Assembly: GCA_041690595.1 (NCBI GenBank)
Contig: JAWLHB010000023.1
Span: forward strand, 62,001 to 114,991
Origin: Lentisphaeria bacterium
GTDB lineage: Bacteria > Verrucomicrobiota > Lentisphaeria > JABSQK01 > JAWLHB01
Reading direction: 5' to 3'
Length of the DNA: 52,991 nt
The translations under genes were made by a program, and so were the position numbers. The notes beneath the pieces are model-generated. The model saw nothing but the letters and a program-made list of their open reading frames with translations, did no database searches and was not told the DNA's origin. Positions 10,379 to 19,911 of this stretch are shown one piece after another (position 1 is the first letter of the stretch; every line of letters begins with the position of its first letter).

Positions 10379-10407
10379 ATTGTAAGATACATTCGGGCAA
10401 AAGTCAA
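10379..10407 (-). promoter_or_regulatory. sigma70 promoter of paralog A with overlapping imperfect palindrome
   Basis: Minus strand TTGACT, 17 nt, TACAAT; TTGTAAGATACAT (10380-10392) overlaps the -10. Confidence 0.65.
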
Positions 10408-10510
10408 GCGAAACTTCAGAGGTAGCGCGTCAACGGGGGGCTGGGGAGGGCTGGGGGGAGGAGCTTCTGGCCGACGGTTTGGGAAGAATGGGAATAAGGG
10501 GAAGTATGGA

Positions 10511-10552
10511 GCCGCGGTGCCTGGGGAGGACAGCCGCAGTGCCTGGGGAGGA
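10511..10552. repeat. 20-bp direct repeat pair
   Basis: gccgcggtgcctggggagga (10511-10530) and gccgcagtgcctggggagga (10533-10552), 19/20 identical. Confidence 0.75.
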
Positions 10553-10575
10553 GGGCGGTGGGTGGCGGCAAGGCA

Positions 10576-11280
10576 GATGGGAAGAAGGGGAAGAAGGGGA
10601 AGCATGATTCCCAGACCTCCCGCGCTATCAGGCAGAGGAGTTGGGGGCAGAGATGACAGCTAACTCCTTGGCTGCTGATTGCGGTGGGCGAGACGCGCCT
10701 TGAACATGCGCTCGCCGAGGCCGCCATGTTCGAGGAATTCCTTTTCCAGCCGGCGGAGTTGCTGGTCGAGCAGGTAGTTGGTCTGATGAATCAGAGAGAT
10801 GGCGATGTTGGCGATTACGTCCGGTGGGCGCGTTTCCAGAAACTCGCGGTAGAGTTCGAATGTCTGCGGAGTCTTGCGCCCCAACTGCCGGACGAACAAG
10901 GCTTCTTTTGAGTCCTTATCCCAGATGACGTGGTCACGTACGCGAAGGTAATCGCGGTAGTCGGCAAGCAACTCCTCCAAGCTGGCGCGGCCCACGCAGG
11001 TGAGCTTGATCTCGGTCTCCTTTTAGGAGATCGCGGCTTTGCTGCCTTCGAGAATGTTCTGTTTGCATGAGCGCGCGGCTTGGATCATCTGATCCACGGT
11101 GCGGTCACCATGGCGAAGAAACTTGTGGGCGAAGCGGTAGGTAAGGTCGTAGATGACTTCGGCTTTCTGATACGAGAGAAGCGTCTGGTAATCGCCACGT
11201 GGGGGAATGACAGGACGGAAAGGATGAGAAGAAGATGGATTATGAGTTTCATCGTTCCCATTCTTCCTGTACTTCCCATC
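10576..11280. repeat. Imperfect 26-bp inverted repeat bracketing the four-helix-bundle gene
   Basis: gatgggaagaaggggaagaaggggaa (10576-10601) vs the reverse complement of 11255-11280 (gatgggaagtacaggaagaatgggaa): 22/26 match. In addition 10482-10494 is a perfect 13-bp inverted copy of 11255-11267. Confidence 0.7.
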
Positions 11281-11295
11281 CAGGCTCATAGACAT
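10660..11295 (-). pseudogene. Four helix bundle (23S rRNA IVS-like) suffix-domain protein interrupted by one in-frame TAA
   Basis: ORFs 11023-11295 and 10660-10995 are in the same frame: ...DRTVDQMIQAARSCKQNILEGSKAAIS*KETEIKLTCVGRASLEELLADYRDYL...LEKEFLEHGGLGERM. The stop at 11025-11023 falls inside the conserved SKETEIKL motif. Confidence 0.85.
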
Positions 11296-11453
11296 TCTTT
11301 GAAGCTCGCCCTATGCTGGTTTCCGGCATGCATTGGGATAGAGTACATTTCGCTTGACGAGATGCAAGTGGAGTTTGCGATGAGGTAGGATGGGAAGAGG
11401 GGACGGTGCAGCGCTTCGGCTGTCGTGAGCGGCGGATGGGGTGTTCTTATACC

Positions 11454-12740
11454 TCAGGTCGAGAGCTTCCCGATCAGATCGAGCATGGCATCTGCCATGA
11501 GGTCTCCGGCCGCAGGTTCCATTTTGCTGGAGATGCACCAGGTGCTTTCGTGACCGCCGATGCGGTCAAAGGCTTGCCGGTGGGGGATGTAGCCCAACCA
11601 ACCGTTTGCCAATGAGACGACAAAGGTATCTCTGACAGGGCTCTGCTCCTTGATGCGCAGGGCATGCTGCGAGAAGTATTCGGCAGGAATGGCACCAAAG
11701 AGGCTAGTGCCAATCCGCAGGAGCTGTATTTCGGCGTTCTCATGGTCGCTGTTGGCGTGCATGGCTTTGAGCTTGTCCAAGGACCACGTATACCAGCCTC
11801 TTTCGATGAGCCCAGCGAAGACGTTGAAGGAGGTCAAGTTGCCCAGATTCTGCTCAAGGCCATGTATCTCTCGGTACCGGATGGGCAGCGTGGTTGTGGC
11901 GGCCGCAAGGCTGGCTTGCCCGGAACAGGCGATGCCATCGACGACACGGATGACATCGTCGGCAAGTACGGATCCGATCCTTTCTTTCGTGTCTTCGCAG
12001 GCGGGGTCGGAGTAGTTTCTATGGATGACGTTGCCGCAGGCGCCATTGAGGAAGAGGGTGATGGTGTGCGCGCCATAGGTTTTCTTGAGCCGATCGCACA
12101 TCACCCCGGGGAAACCGGCGGAGAGGCTGCCCATGTGGTGCGTGGCGTGGCAGGCGAAATTGACGAGCAGCCCCAGAATTTTCTGGCTGGTGTCCCGCAC
12201 GCACAGCACGCCGACCTGCGGATCAATGGTTCCTTCACCAAAAAGCACATCTTTATCCACGACGTTGAAGGATGGCTGTGAGGTCACTGAGCCGTTCTTC
12301 ATGATGAAGCGGCGATTGAAGGAGACGCGCCCCTCGTAACAGGTGCCCGTGCCGATCTCAACGGGCACCATGGCATGGAATGCTTCGATGAGCGCCGCAA
12401 CCGACTGTTCGACCATGTGCCCCACGTAGTCGTGATCCTTTTCTGACCACGGGCGCTCGACAACGGCGGGACACGCATGGTTATGGGTGGCACAGACCAT
12501 GATGCTGTCAGGGGGGATCGGACATGCGCGGCTGACCTGTTCGCGAATCTTCAGAACGTATTCACGCTCGACGATGACGAGGTCAAGGGAGAGGAAGGCG
12601 AGCGTACTCGCGCCATCGTGGAAGACGGCGGCATGGGCATAGAGCGGGTCAATGACAGTGTGGACGGTACCCCAGTAGGTCCGTGCGGGGAAGGTCTGTG
12701 GGTTGATCTCAACTTCGGCAAATCCCGCTTGCAGGGCCAT
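11454..12740 (-). CDS. Neutral/alkaline ceramidase-like metal-dependent amidase
   Basis: DPLYAHAAVF, ATHNHACP, SFNRR, NFACHATH, LNGACGNV and SLANGWLGYIP motifs. Start 12740 or 12761. Confidence 0.82.
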   Translation of the reverse strand: MALQAGFAEVEINPQTFPARTYWGTVHTVIDPLYAHAAVFHDGASTLAFLSLDLVIVEREYVLKIREQVSRACPIPPDSIMVCATHNHACPAVVERPWSEKDHDYVGHMVEQSVAALIEAFHAMVPVEIGTGTCYEGRVSFNRRFIMKNGSVTSQPSFNVVDKDVLFGEGTIDPQVGVLCVRDTSQKILGLLVNFACHATHHMGSLSAGFPGVMCDRLKKTYGAHTITLFLNGACGNVIHRNYSDPACEDTKERIGSVLADDVIRVVDGIACSGQASLAAATTTLPIRYREIHGLEQNLGNLTSFNVFAGLIERGWYTWSLDKLKAMHANSDHENAEIQLLRIGTSLFGAIPAEYFSQHALRIKEQSPVRDTFVVSLANGWLGYIPHRQAFDRIGGHESTWCISSKMEPAAGDLMADAMLDLIGKLST

Positions 12741-12812
12741 GTTTGTCCTCTCTTGTGTCATTGGGCGTCCGCATGCAGGGCGTGAGCGCCTGGTTGCGTT
12801 TGGCGACGATGT

Positions 12813-12849
12813 CTTACCGGAAAGTAGCGAGCGACAGTCGTGGTATCAA
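12813..12849 (-). promoter_or_regulatory. Putative promoter with LacI-like operator for the amidase gene
   Basis: Minus strand TTGATA, 17 nt, TACTTT. Near-palindrome CTTACCGGAAAG (12813-12824) overlaps the -10 and shares the TTACCGG core of the 16577 operator. Confidence 0.45.
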
Positions 12850-12973
12850 CTGACGCCGGGGGATTTTCCGGCGAGGTCCGTCACGGCAGAGCCACGCACG
12901 GGTACTTCCCTCCACACCCAAGAGTGGTGACCGTTGCCGCGGCACTCATGGTGGAGAGGGCGGCGTTGGGCGC

Positions 12974-15628
12974 TTACTGGGGGGTGGCGTTGATGGAGAA
13001 GGGCTTCTCGGTGAGCGTGAGCAGCCAGCTCCTGTCTCCGCTCTGGACGGTGATGCCGCGTTCGCTGACGGAGATCCGGCCTGGCGCGGATGGCGCTTCG
13101 GCATAGGGCTGAAGCAGGGTGGCAAAGGTGGCCTGCGCGACTTTCTCGCGGCGAAGTATGCCGACCGGCGAGAGAATCCCGGATGTGCCGGTGCGGCCGT
13201 CGGCCAGGTAGAAGCGAGCGCCTGGGGCGGGGGCGGGAATGACCTGGACACCGCGGCCACCATGATCCACCACAATGGCAAAGGGCTGGGAGGCGTCGTG
13301 GCCACGGATGTTCTGCAGAAGCTGATAACCGTTCTCGTTGCCAAAGGGGGAGGTGGTTTCCACGACGCCGGCACTGGTGGTCACCGAGCCGGGGAGTTGG
13401 CAGACCCAGTCGATGGTGCGCGGGCTGGGCGAGGTGAGGTGGTCGATGATGACGCCTTCGCCGTGGGGCAGGAGGATGGCGGCGCGAATCCAGCGGGTAT
13501 CGGGGAAGGCATCCTTGAGTTCGGCGGCGACGATCTGGAGATCGGAGTCGAGATCCAACTGAACAATGCTTCCGGCCTTGGGCAGCTGTGTCTGTTCGTC
13601 GACGATCAGCCCGTTGCGGCTGATGGACTTCTGATACCAGCTCTCGAACAGGGGGTTGGCATAGCCGACGACACCGGCGCCCCAGAGGAGGTGGCCGCCG
13701 GCGCCATGGAACTGGAAGTCGAATCTGGCGGGATCGTTGCGTTGCGGAGATCCCCAACTGAGGGCAAGGGTGGAGCCGGCTTCGTTGCGCAGAAGGGTGA
13801 TGCCAAGCGCGGCAAGATGGGTGGAGCCCTGACGCAGAGGCTCGGCAGGCGGGAGATCGACGTCATCCCAGAAAAGGCGGGTGGACGGATCCTGACGGAA
13901 CTTTTCTGAGGTCAGTGAGAGAAAGAGAGGATCGCGATAGTAGCGATAGGCGGTCTCGATGCCGTAGGCTGGAGCACCGTAGCCGACGTTGGTGTGGCCA
14001 AAGGCGGGCAGGGATCCATCTGGAAAGCATTGCCGGGGAATGGCTGCATAGATCTTCCTGGCGCGGTCGTCGAAGAAAGTCACGCCACAGTTCTCGAAGG
14101 TGGTGCCGATGGCGTTGAAGCCGCGCACCAGGTCGCCACCGTAGGCCGGCCCCTTGAGCGAAACGTAGTCGTCGGTGAGGCCATAACGGAAGGTGACTTC
14201 GCGATTGCCGTTGTGACTGAAGGCCATGTAGTGCAGCCATTCGCGATCTTCGGCCAGCATAGCAGACCAGACGGCGACGCGCATCAGGCGGATGTAACCT
14301 TCCGGATAATGATGGTTGTAGTGGTAGATGCGCTTGACGAGGTGCATGAGCAAGTCGTTGCCGATCTTGCGCCGCGACTCGTCGGAGAGCTGAGCGTGGA
14401 TATAGTCGAAGCCGAAGATGAAGTCTTCCATCAGCCAGCAATCGCCCAGCCAGTTGTGGCCGAGCTTGAACTCGCTGATACTCTCGGCGTAGGCGAGGAG
14501 GAGCTGCTCGGCCTTTCTGGCGTAGCGTACGTCGTCGGTCCACTGCCAGGCAAAGCCCAACGCGCGGGCGGCCTCGCCATTCCGCGTATGGCGCAACTGC
14601 ACCAGGAGCTTGTCGTACTTCTCGCCGGTGTGCAGCTTGCCGCACTTGGGGCAGGTGTAGCCATCCGGAGGGGTAGGAGCCAGTCGTCCATCGCAGCCTT
14701 CTGCTTCGCAATGATGGGCGCCCGGCCAGCCGGATTGCTGACGCGGCACCACGATTTCTTCGGTGAGGACCTTGTCGGCCAGACGCAGATCAGCGGCCAG
14801 GTGGGTGGGCATGGCGGCGCCGTTGCTGACTCGCTCGCGGGCCCTGAGGATCTGGGGGCGTGTCTGCTGAATGACGGGGCGGGGCGTTTCTAGGAGGGCC
14901 TTCATCTCGGGAAGGTTGTAGATATCGCGGCGGATGACGGTGACATCATCGAGGGAGATCCGCAGACGCATGGATTGATCCGTGCCGTTCATCAGATGCA
15001 TCCAGACGATCATGCCAAAAGGTTCACCGTCTTTGCGCCGGTCGTACCGGCCCCTGAAGAAGGGGGCGGTATTGCCTTCGTAGAGGGTCCATCCGGTATG
15101 AACATATTCGCTGTGTCCGCGCCAGACATGGGTAGTGGTGCGTTCCATCCACGCGCCATCCCGGACCAGCGGCACTTCGAGCGGTTCGGAATGATAGATG
15201 GTATGGACGGGCGGGTGCGCCTTGTTCAGTTCCATGCGCAGGGGAAAGCTACCCTCTTCCGGTACCTCCAGATCATGCTCGACCTTGAGAAGGAAGCGAT
15301 AATAGAGGCCGAGGGGATCGACTTCCGGCATGTTCATGGCGACCTGCATGCGGCCACCGGCAGGCAACTCCACATCCAATCGATAGCATCCACTGCCATC
15401 CAGACCGCCATCCGGCACGACCCCGCTTGCATGCACCACGGGATTGGGGGTGTGGATGATGGTGAGCCCCGGTGCGTCTGCCTTGTCGAAGCGCTCGGTG
15501 AAGACGGTTTCAGCAGTCGGGTCGGCCCAGATTGCTTCACGGGTAAGGGGGGCGGGCGATTCAGCGGCAACGACGACCGCCGTCAGAGAGATCAGGCCAC
15601 ACAGGATGGAGTTGCGCAAGGGGATCAC
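12974..15628 (-). CDS. Secreted heparinase II/III-like (alpha/alpha toroid + beta-sandwich) polysaccharide lyase-like protein
   Basis: Signal peptide; helical region [66 protein letters not shown] start overlaps the stop of paralog B. Confidence 0.7.
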   Translation of the reverse strand: MIPLRNSILCGLISLTAVVVAAESPAPLTREAIWADPTAETVFTERFDKADAPGLTIIHTPNPVVHASGVVPDGGLDGSGCYRLDVELPAGGRMQVAMNMPEVDPLGLYYRFLLKVEHDLEVPEEGSFPLRMELNKAHPPVHTIYHSEPLEVPLVRDGAWMERTTTHVWRGHSEYVHTGWTLYEGNTAPFFRGRYDRRKDGEPFGMIVWMHLMNGTDQSMRLRISLDDVTVIRRDIYNLPEMKALLETPRPVIQQTRPQILRARERVSNGAAMPTHLAADLRLADKVLTEEIVVPRQQSGWPGAHHCEAEGCDGRLAPTPPDGYTCPKCGKLHTGEKYDKLLVQLRHTRNGEAARALGFAWQWTDDVRYARKAEQLLLAYAESISEFKLGHNWLGDCWLMEDFIFGFDYIHAQLSDESRRKIGNDLLMHLVKRIYHYNHHYPEGYIRLMRVAVWSAMLAEDREWLHYMAFSHNGNREVTFRYGLTDDYVSLKGPAYGGDLVRGFNAIGTTFENCGVTFFDDRARKIYAAIPRQCFPDGSLPAFGHTNVGYGAPAYGIETAYRYYRDPLFLSLTSEKFRQDPSTRLFWDDVDLPPAEPLRQGSTHLAALGITLLRNEAGSTLALSWGSPQRNDPARFDFQFHGAGGHLLWGAGVVGYANPLFESWYQKSISRNGLIVDEQTQLPKAGSIVQLDLDSDLQIVAAELKDAFPDTRWIRAAILLPHGEGVIIDHLTSPSPRTIDWVCQLPGSVTTSAGVVETTSPFGNENGYQLLQNIRGHDASQPFAIVVDHGGRGVQVIPAPAPGARFYLADGRTGTSGILSPVGILRREKVAQATFATLLQPYAEAPSAPGRISVSERGITVQSGDRSWLLTLTEKPFSINATPQ

Positions 15629-16368
15629 CAATAGTTTGTGAGATAAGCAGGATTGCTCCAGCCAACATACCGCATACCGCTGTTCAACAGGTACTTGGAG
15701 GGGGTGAGGACTTCAAGATGACCATCCGCAAAGGAAAGATTGTTGGTACCGTTATGATTACCGCGATTTGCACGGCCCAAGCCCCCCATGTAGCCGGTAT
15801 TGGCACCGCCGGTGTAGCGGTTGTACGCCAAGTGGAAGGAGGCGAAGTTGCCCGTGTCGGTATTGTATGCCCCACTCTCGGTGGTGGTGGTGATATTGGA
15901 AGGGTTGGGCAAGCCTTCGGGCCTCCAGGAGCGCCACGTCGGCTCATTTCCCGCGAGTTCCTGATTGATCATGTAGTTGCCCGGGCCGCCAGAGGCATGG
16001 ACCACGATATTCCAGGAGGTGCAGGTGAACATCTTGTAGGCCGATCCAGCCGCGCCGGTCGTCGTGGCGGAGGGCTGCCTGTCACCCGAGATGTACTTGC
16101 CATTGACCAAGGCGTTCATCCAGTCGGCACGCCACCAACTGAAGATCGCCGGATTAGGCAGATAGCCATCGTTCTCGTCGGCATACATCATGTTGGCCAT
16201 GTTGACCTGCTTGAGCTGATTGCCGCAGCTGGTGCGTCGGGCCATGTCGCGCGCCTTGGTCAGAGCAGGAAGGAGCATGCTGGCCAGGATGGCTATTATG
16301 GCCACAACGACGAGGAGCTCGATGAGGGTGAATCGGGAGGGAGGAGTGGCTGAAGACTGAGTGCGCAT
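15625..16368 (-). CDS. Prepilin-type N-terminal/H-X9-DG (DUF1559-like) protein, paralog B
   Basis: [29 protein letters not shown] and [12 protein letters not shown]; close paralog of 9584-10333. Confidence 0.92.
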   Translation of the reverse strand: MRTQSSATPPSRFTLIELLVVVAIIAILASMLLPALTKARDMARRTSCGNQLKQVNMANMMYADENDGYLPNPAIFSWWRADWMNALVNGKYISGDRQPSATTTGAAGSAYKMFTCTSWNIVVHASGGPGNYMINQELAGNEPTWRSWRPEGLPNPSNITTTTESGAYNTDTGNFASFHLAYNRYTGGANTGYMGGLGRANRGNHNGTNNLSFADGHLEVLTPSKYLLNSGMRYVGWSNPAYLTNYW

Positions 16369-16413
16369 ATCGAATGGAATTCCTTTGTGGATAGGGGAAG
16401 GACTGCACTCACA

Positions 16414-16426
16414 TTGTATCATACAA
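16414..16426. promoter_or_regulatory. Palindromic operator overlapping the extended -10 of paralog B
   Basis: TTGTAT-C-ATACAA perfect dyad; the minus strand reads TGA-TACAAT (extended -10). Confidence 0.6.
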
Positions 16427-16536
16427 CTTGAATAACGCAAACCTTTCGTGCGCAAAAAAACGACCATGGCCCGGATGAAAGCGCTGGGGGTATTGGGCAG
16501 CGCTCCCGCAACTTGGAAAAAGCTGGATCAAGAATC

Positions 16537-16588
16537 TTGCAATCGTCACGCGATCTGATTATACTGGCTGATATGCGTTACCGGTAAC
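16537..16588 (+). promoter_or_regulatory. sigma70 promoter plus LacI-type operator for the 16612-26461 operon
   Basis: TTGCAA (16537-16542), 17 nt, TATACT (16560-16565); perfect palindrome GTTACCGGTAAC (16577-16588); AGGAG RBS at 16596. Confidence 0.75.
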
Positions 16589-16611
16589 CTCTATCAGGAG
16601 CGAAGCGAACG

Positions 16612-19600
16612 ATGTGGAAGCGGTGTACTCCCTGGGTGATCGTCCTTCTGACAGTGTGGAGATGCGGAGCATCGCCATTGGACATCGAGATGGTGAAATA
16701 CGCTCGTGCCGATCAGGAAGTTGAGGCTGTTGTGGTGGAGAATGGCTGGTATCGCGCACTTCTGGTGCCGACGATGGGTGGGCGCATAGTAGAATGGGTG
16801 GACAAGTCGACCGGGAGGAATCTGGTCTATGACGAGGGCTATGGGGGCCTGCTGGATGATCATGGGGCACGCCTGAAGGAGCCGTATGCATTGCGCTGGC
16901 TGATTCGGAACGATCAGGAAGCCGTTGCCGAGTTACTCCTGGAAGGCGAAGTAACTTACCGCAAGAGGATTCACTTTCATGCCGACCGACCGGCATTGCG
17001 GGTGGTGTACCATGTTGCGAACCATGGACAGGAACCGCACCGCATGCTCTTCCGTAACGTGGTTCGGCCAGCCGGCGAGACCTTTTCGGGCGATGAGCGG
17101 TATGGTTATTCGCGCGTGGTGGGGCTCCAGGAAGATGTGGGGATGGGACGAACGGACGATCTTGCCGATCCCTGGATGGCGCTGATTTCACCAAAGCAGA
17201 AGACGGTGGTTGGAGCAGCCTTTCGCGGGGATCAGCTGGCCCGTGTCTATACCTGGCAGGGGAGCAAGGTAGCGCCCACCTTCGAGTTCATGCTTCAGCA
17301 ACTCGAAGCCGGCTACGAAACGGAACAGAGCTACACCTGGCTTTTCTGCCACGGGTTGACCGGCATTGATTATCTGCACTCGCATCTTGCCGCCCAATGG
17401 ACGGGGGCCTTTGACACGGGGGAATGGCAGAGTACGCTCAAGCTTGTTGCCACCTGGGAGCCCATCCCGAAGCTGCAGGTTGCGGTTCAGCTTCTGGATC
17501 AGGATCGCCGGCCCCTTCTGGAGTTGCCGCCCGTGACCGTGACAATGAAATCGCTGGACCAGCTCGTGGAGCTACCTATACAGGCCGAGCTGGCGGCAGA
17601 AACGGTGATCGCCATCGCCACCCTGACCGCGCCCGAGCTGCCCGAGGCGATTGTCATCGAGAAGGCTTTCAGCACGGGCAAGCTGCCGGAAAGCTATCAA
17701 CGGCCCGTACGCTGGATCGGCGAAGCCAGTCCGGCCACTCGACTTGCCGATTGGCAACCGGAATCGGCGTACGAGGTGCGGATCGCCCCCGCGGACCGGG
17801 AACGCGGCTGCATGGTGTATGGCGAGGCCGGAGCGGACGCCGGGCGCCACATGTCACGGCTGAGACTGAATCTGGGCCAACGGGAATACGAGAGCTTTCC
17901 GCTGCACTTTCTGGCTCTGAGTGAGGCCGAGACAGTCACTGTATCGGCAACGGGCGAAGGGCTCGACGTGGAGTTCTTCCTGCCCGAAGAGGTACCGGAG
18001 ACATTATGGGGGCGCACCTACAATGGTCTCAAGCTGATGCCCGGCACGAGCTTCACCGTCCAGAAGGAGGCGGAGCGACAGCTCTATGTCCGCCTGTATA
18101 CCGGAGAGCTGCCGCCGGGTCAGCATCGGGCGGGCATTGTCTTTTCCAGGCAGGCGGGAGAGCCGGTGACGGTGCAACTCGAGTTGACGGTGCACCCCGT
18201 ACGGACGCCGCTTCAACCTTATCTTGTCTTCGACGCGAGCAATGTCGTCAACTATCTTGCGGCACGGCGAATCAAGGGTAACCAGATGGAATGGGACTGG
18301 CAGAAAGCCGAGCGTTTTCTGCGGAACATGCAGGTGCATGGTGTGCGCGGCCAATCGACCATCGGCACCAACACTCCAGTTTCCTACTACGAGTATGACA
18401 AGCTGAAGCTGCGAGAGAGCGGTCAGCCGCTCCTCGATGCGATCCGGGAGAATCCGGAACGCTTCCGCGACCGGCTGGACCTGCCGGATCTGGACTTCTC
18501 GGAGTACGACATGCTGACGGAGCAGATCGTGCGCCACGGCAACACGCACCTGCGCTGGCCGATGGGAAGCTGCGGCGAGGACTTCATGCGTAACCAGATT
18601 CAGCTCACGAAGCTCATCTATGGGGAGGCGCCCGCCGCCGCTGATCTGCGTCAGCAGGTGATCCAGGAATGGTATTTCCGGCAGGTGGGTCGCTACTTCA
18701 AAGACCGCGGCATCACGCGGCTGCGCGTCACGATCGATGACGAGATCCCGAGCGAAGAGCTGGCCTGGTGGGTGCAGCATGCGTATCGCGCCCAGCAGAT
18801 GGGCTTCGAACCGTCGGTCACGCAGTCCGCGGCGACGATGGCGGACGACCAGCGGATCAACTTCATTGCGCCCTTCATGACCTACTGGATAGTCGGGACG
18901 CTGCATGAGGAGACCATCGCCAAGCGCAGAATGCAGGGAATCATCAAGCCGGAGCACTGGTTCACGACCTATCACTCCTCAGCAAATCACTGGCAACCTT
19001 ACGACCAGATGCGGGGGCATTGCGGCCTGAATGCTGCCTACTTCGACCTCAATGCGTGCTGGATCCAGACTTACTATCGGTGGAAGCAGAGCGAAGCCGT
19101 CATCTATTATACGGAAGAGGGCCCCATCGACAGCGCCGCGTGGGAGGGAGCGCGGGACGGGCTGGAAGATGGCAATTACCTTTTGCTCGCCCGCCGGCTG
19201 GTGGAGGCCCTGCCCGCGGATCAGCAACCGGCCTGGCAGGAAAGGATCGCCGGGATTGTCGGTCGTGGCGAGGGGGCGACCATCCGCTTTGTGGACCGCA
19301 TGACCGGCGTCGGTCCAGTCACCACGATGGGACGCTTCGAGGGGCAGTTCTTCAAGACCGGGGCGAATACCGACGCCTTCCGAACCGCCAAGCAGCAACT
19401 CCTGGAGCTGATCGACGAGCTTGCTCCGGTGGTACCCCGGCAGGCCGCCGCTGCCAACTACGGGCTCCATCCACTTATCCGCGACGGCAAATGCGTGATG
19501 ACACTGCCGGAAGGGATGACGCAGCTCGCCGCCGCGCAAGCATTCCTGCGGGAGGCGGCCGCTCCGCTGATCGTGAGCACGGAGCCGGCCGCTTTCGATG

Positions 19601-19911
19601 ACGATTTCCCCTACCCTCTCTTCTTCATCGGCTCACTTCGGGAACTGCAAAGCCTCGTGCCAAAGCTGGCGGCGCATCCCGATCTGGCGGATCTGGACGA
19701 AGGCTATCCGGCGGCGGGAGAGTACGCCATCCGGTGGCTTGCCGCGCCGGCCAACGCCACGGCTAGTCCGAGAGGCGAATCGCTGGTGATCGTCTGCCCA
19801 GACGAGCCGGGCGTGGCCAAAGCGGTGAGCATCCTGCCGCGCGTCGTCACGCAGCCGCGCAGCCAGTACAGCCATTGGCTTGTCGACCACTGGGCGGAGA
19901 CCATGCGATGA
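16612..19911 (+). CDS. Large secreted protein: mutarotase-like beta-sandwich plus GH123/DUF4091-like domain
   Basis: Signal peptide; VENGWYRALLVPTMGGRIVEWVDK (mutarotase/DUF5107-like); TIDDEIP acid pair; WEGARDGLED C-terminal motif. Confidence 0.65.
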   Translation: MWKRCTPWVIVLLTVWRCGASPLDIEMVKYARADQEVEAVVVENGWYRALLVPTMGGRIVEWVDKSTGRNLVYDEGYGGLLDDHGARLKEPYALRWLIRNDQEAVAELLLEGEVTYRKRIHFHADRPALRVVYHVANHGQEPHRMLFRNVVRPAGETFSGDERYGYSRVVGLQEDVGMGRTDDLADPWMALISPKQKTVVGAAFRGDQLARVYTWQGSKVAPTFEFMLQQLEAGYETEQSYTWLFCHGLTGIDYLHSHLAAQWTGAFDTGEWQSTLKLVATWEPIPKLQVAVQLLDQDRRPLLELPPVTVTMKSLDQLVELPIQAELAAETVIAIATLTAPELPEAIVIEKAFSTGKLPESYQRPVRWIGEASPATRLADWQPESAYEVRIAPADRERGCMVYGEAGADAGRHMSRLRLNLGQREYESFPLHFLALSEAETVTVSATGEGLDVEFFLPEEVPETLWGRTYNGLKLMPGTSFTVQKEAERQLYVRLYTGELPPGQHRAGIVFSRQAGEPVTVQLELTVHPVRTPLQPYLVFDASNVVNYLAARRIKGNQMEWDWQKAERFLRNMQVHGVRGQSTIGTNTPVSYYEYDKLKLRESGQPLLDAIRENPERFRDRLDLPDLDFSEYDMLTEQIVRHGNTHLRWPMGSCGEDFMRNQIQLTKLIYGEAPAAADLRQQVIQEWYFRQVGRYFKDRGITRLRVTIDDEIPSEELAWWVQHAYRAQQMGFEPSVTQSAATMADDQRINFIAPFMTYWIVGTLHEETIAKRRMQGIIKPEHWFTTYHSSANHWQPYDQMRGHCGLNAAYFDLNACWIQTYYRWKQSEAVIYYTEEGPIDSAAWEGARDGLEDGNYLLLARRLVEALPADQQPAWQERIAGIVGRGEGATIRFVDRMTGVGPVTTMGRFEGQFFKTGANTDAFRTAKQQLLELIDELAPVVPRQAAAANYGLHPLIRDGKCVMTLPEGMTQLAAAQAFLREAAAPLIVSTEPAAFDDDFPYPLFFIGSLRELQSLVPKLAAHPDLADLDEGYPAAGEYAIRWLAAPANATASPRGESLVIVCPDEPGVAKAVSILPRVVTQPRSQYSHWLVDHWAETMR

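Noticed and set aside
11023..11025. Programmed recoding or stop-codon reassignment
   Set aside because: The codon is TAA (not Sec TGA or Pyl TAG), and TAA terminates normal genes here, e.g. atpE.
9584..16368. Diversity-generating retroelement (Avd-like four-helix gene plus two similar sequences as TR/VR)
   Set aside because: No reverse transcriptase in the window; differences between the paralogs involve all bases, include synonymous changes and indels, and both copies are full genes.
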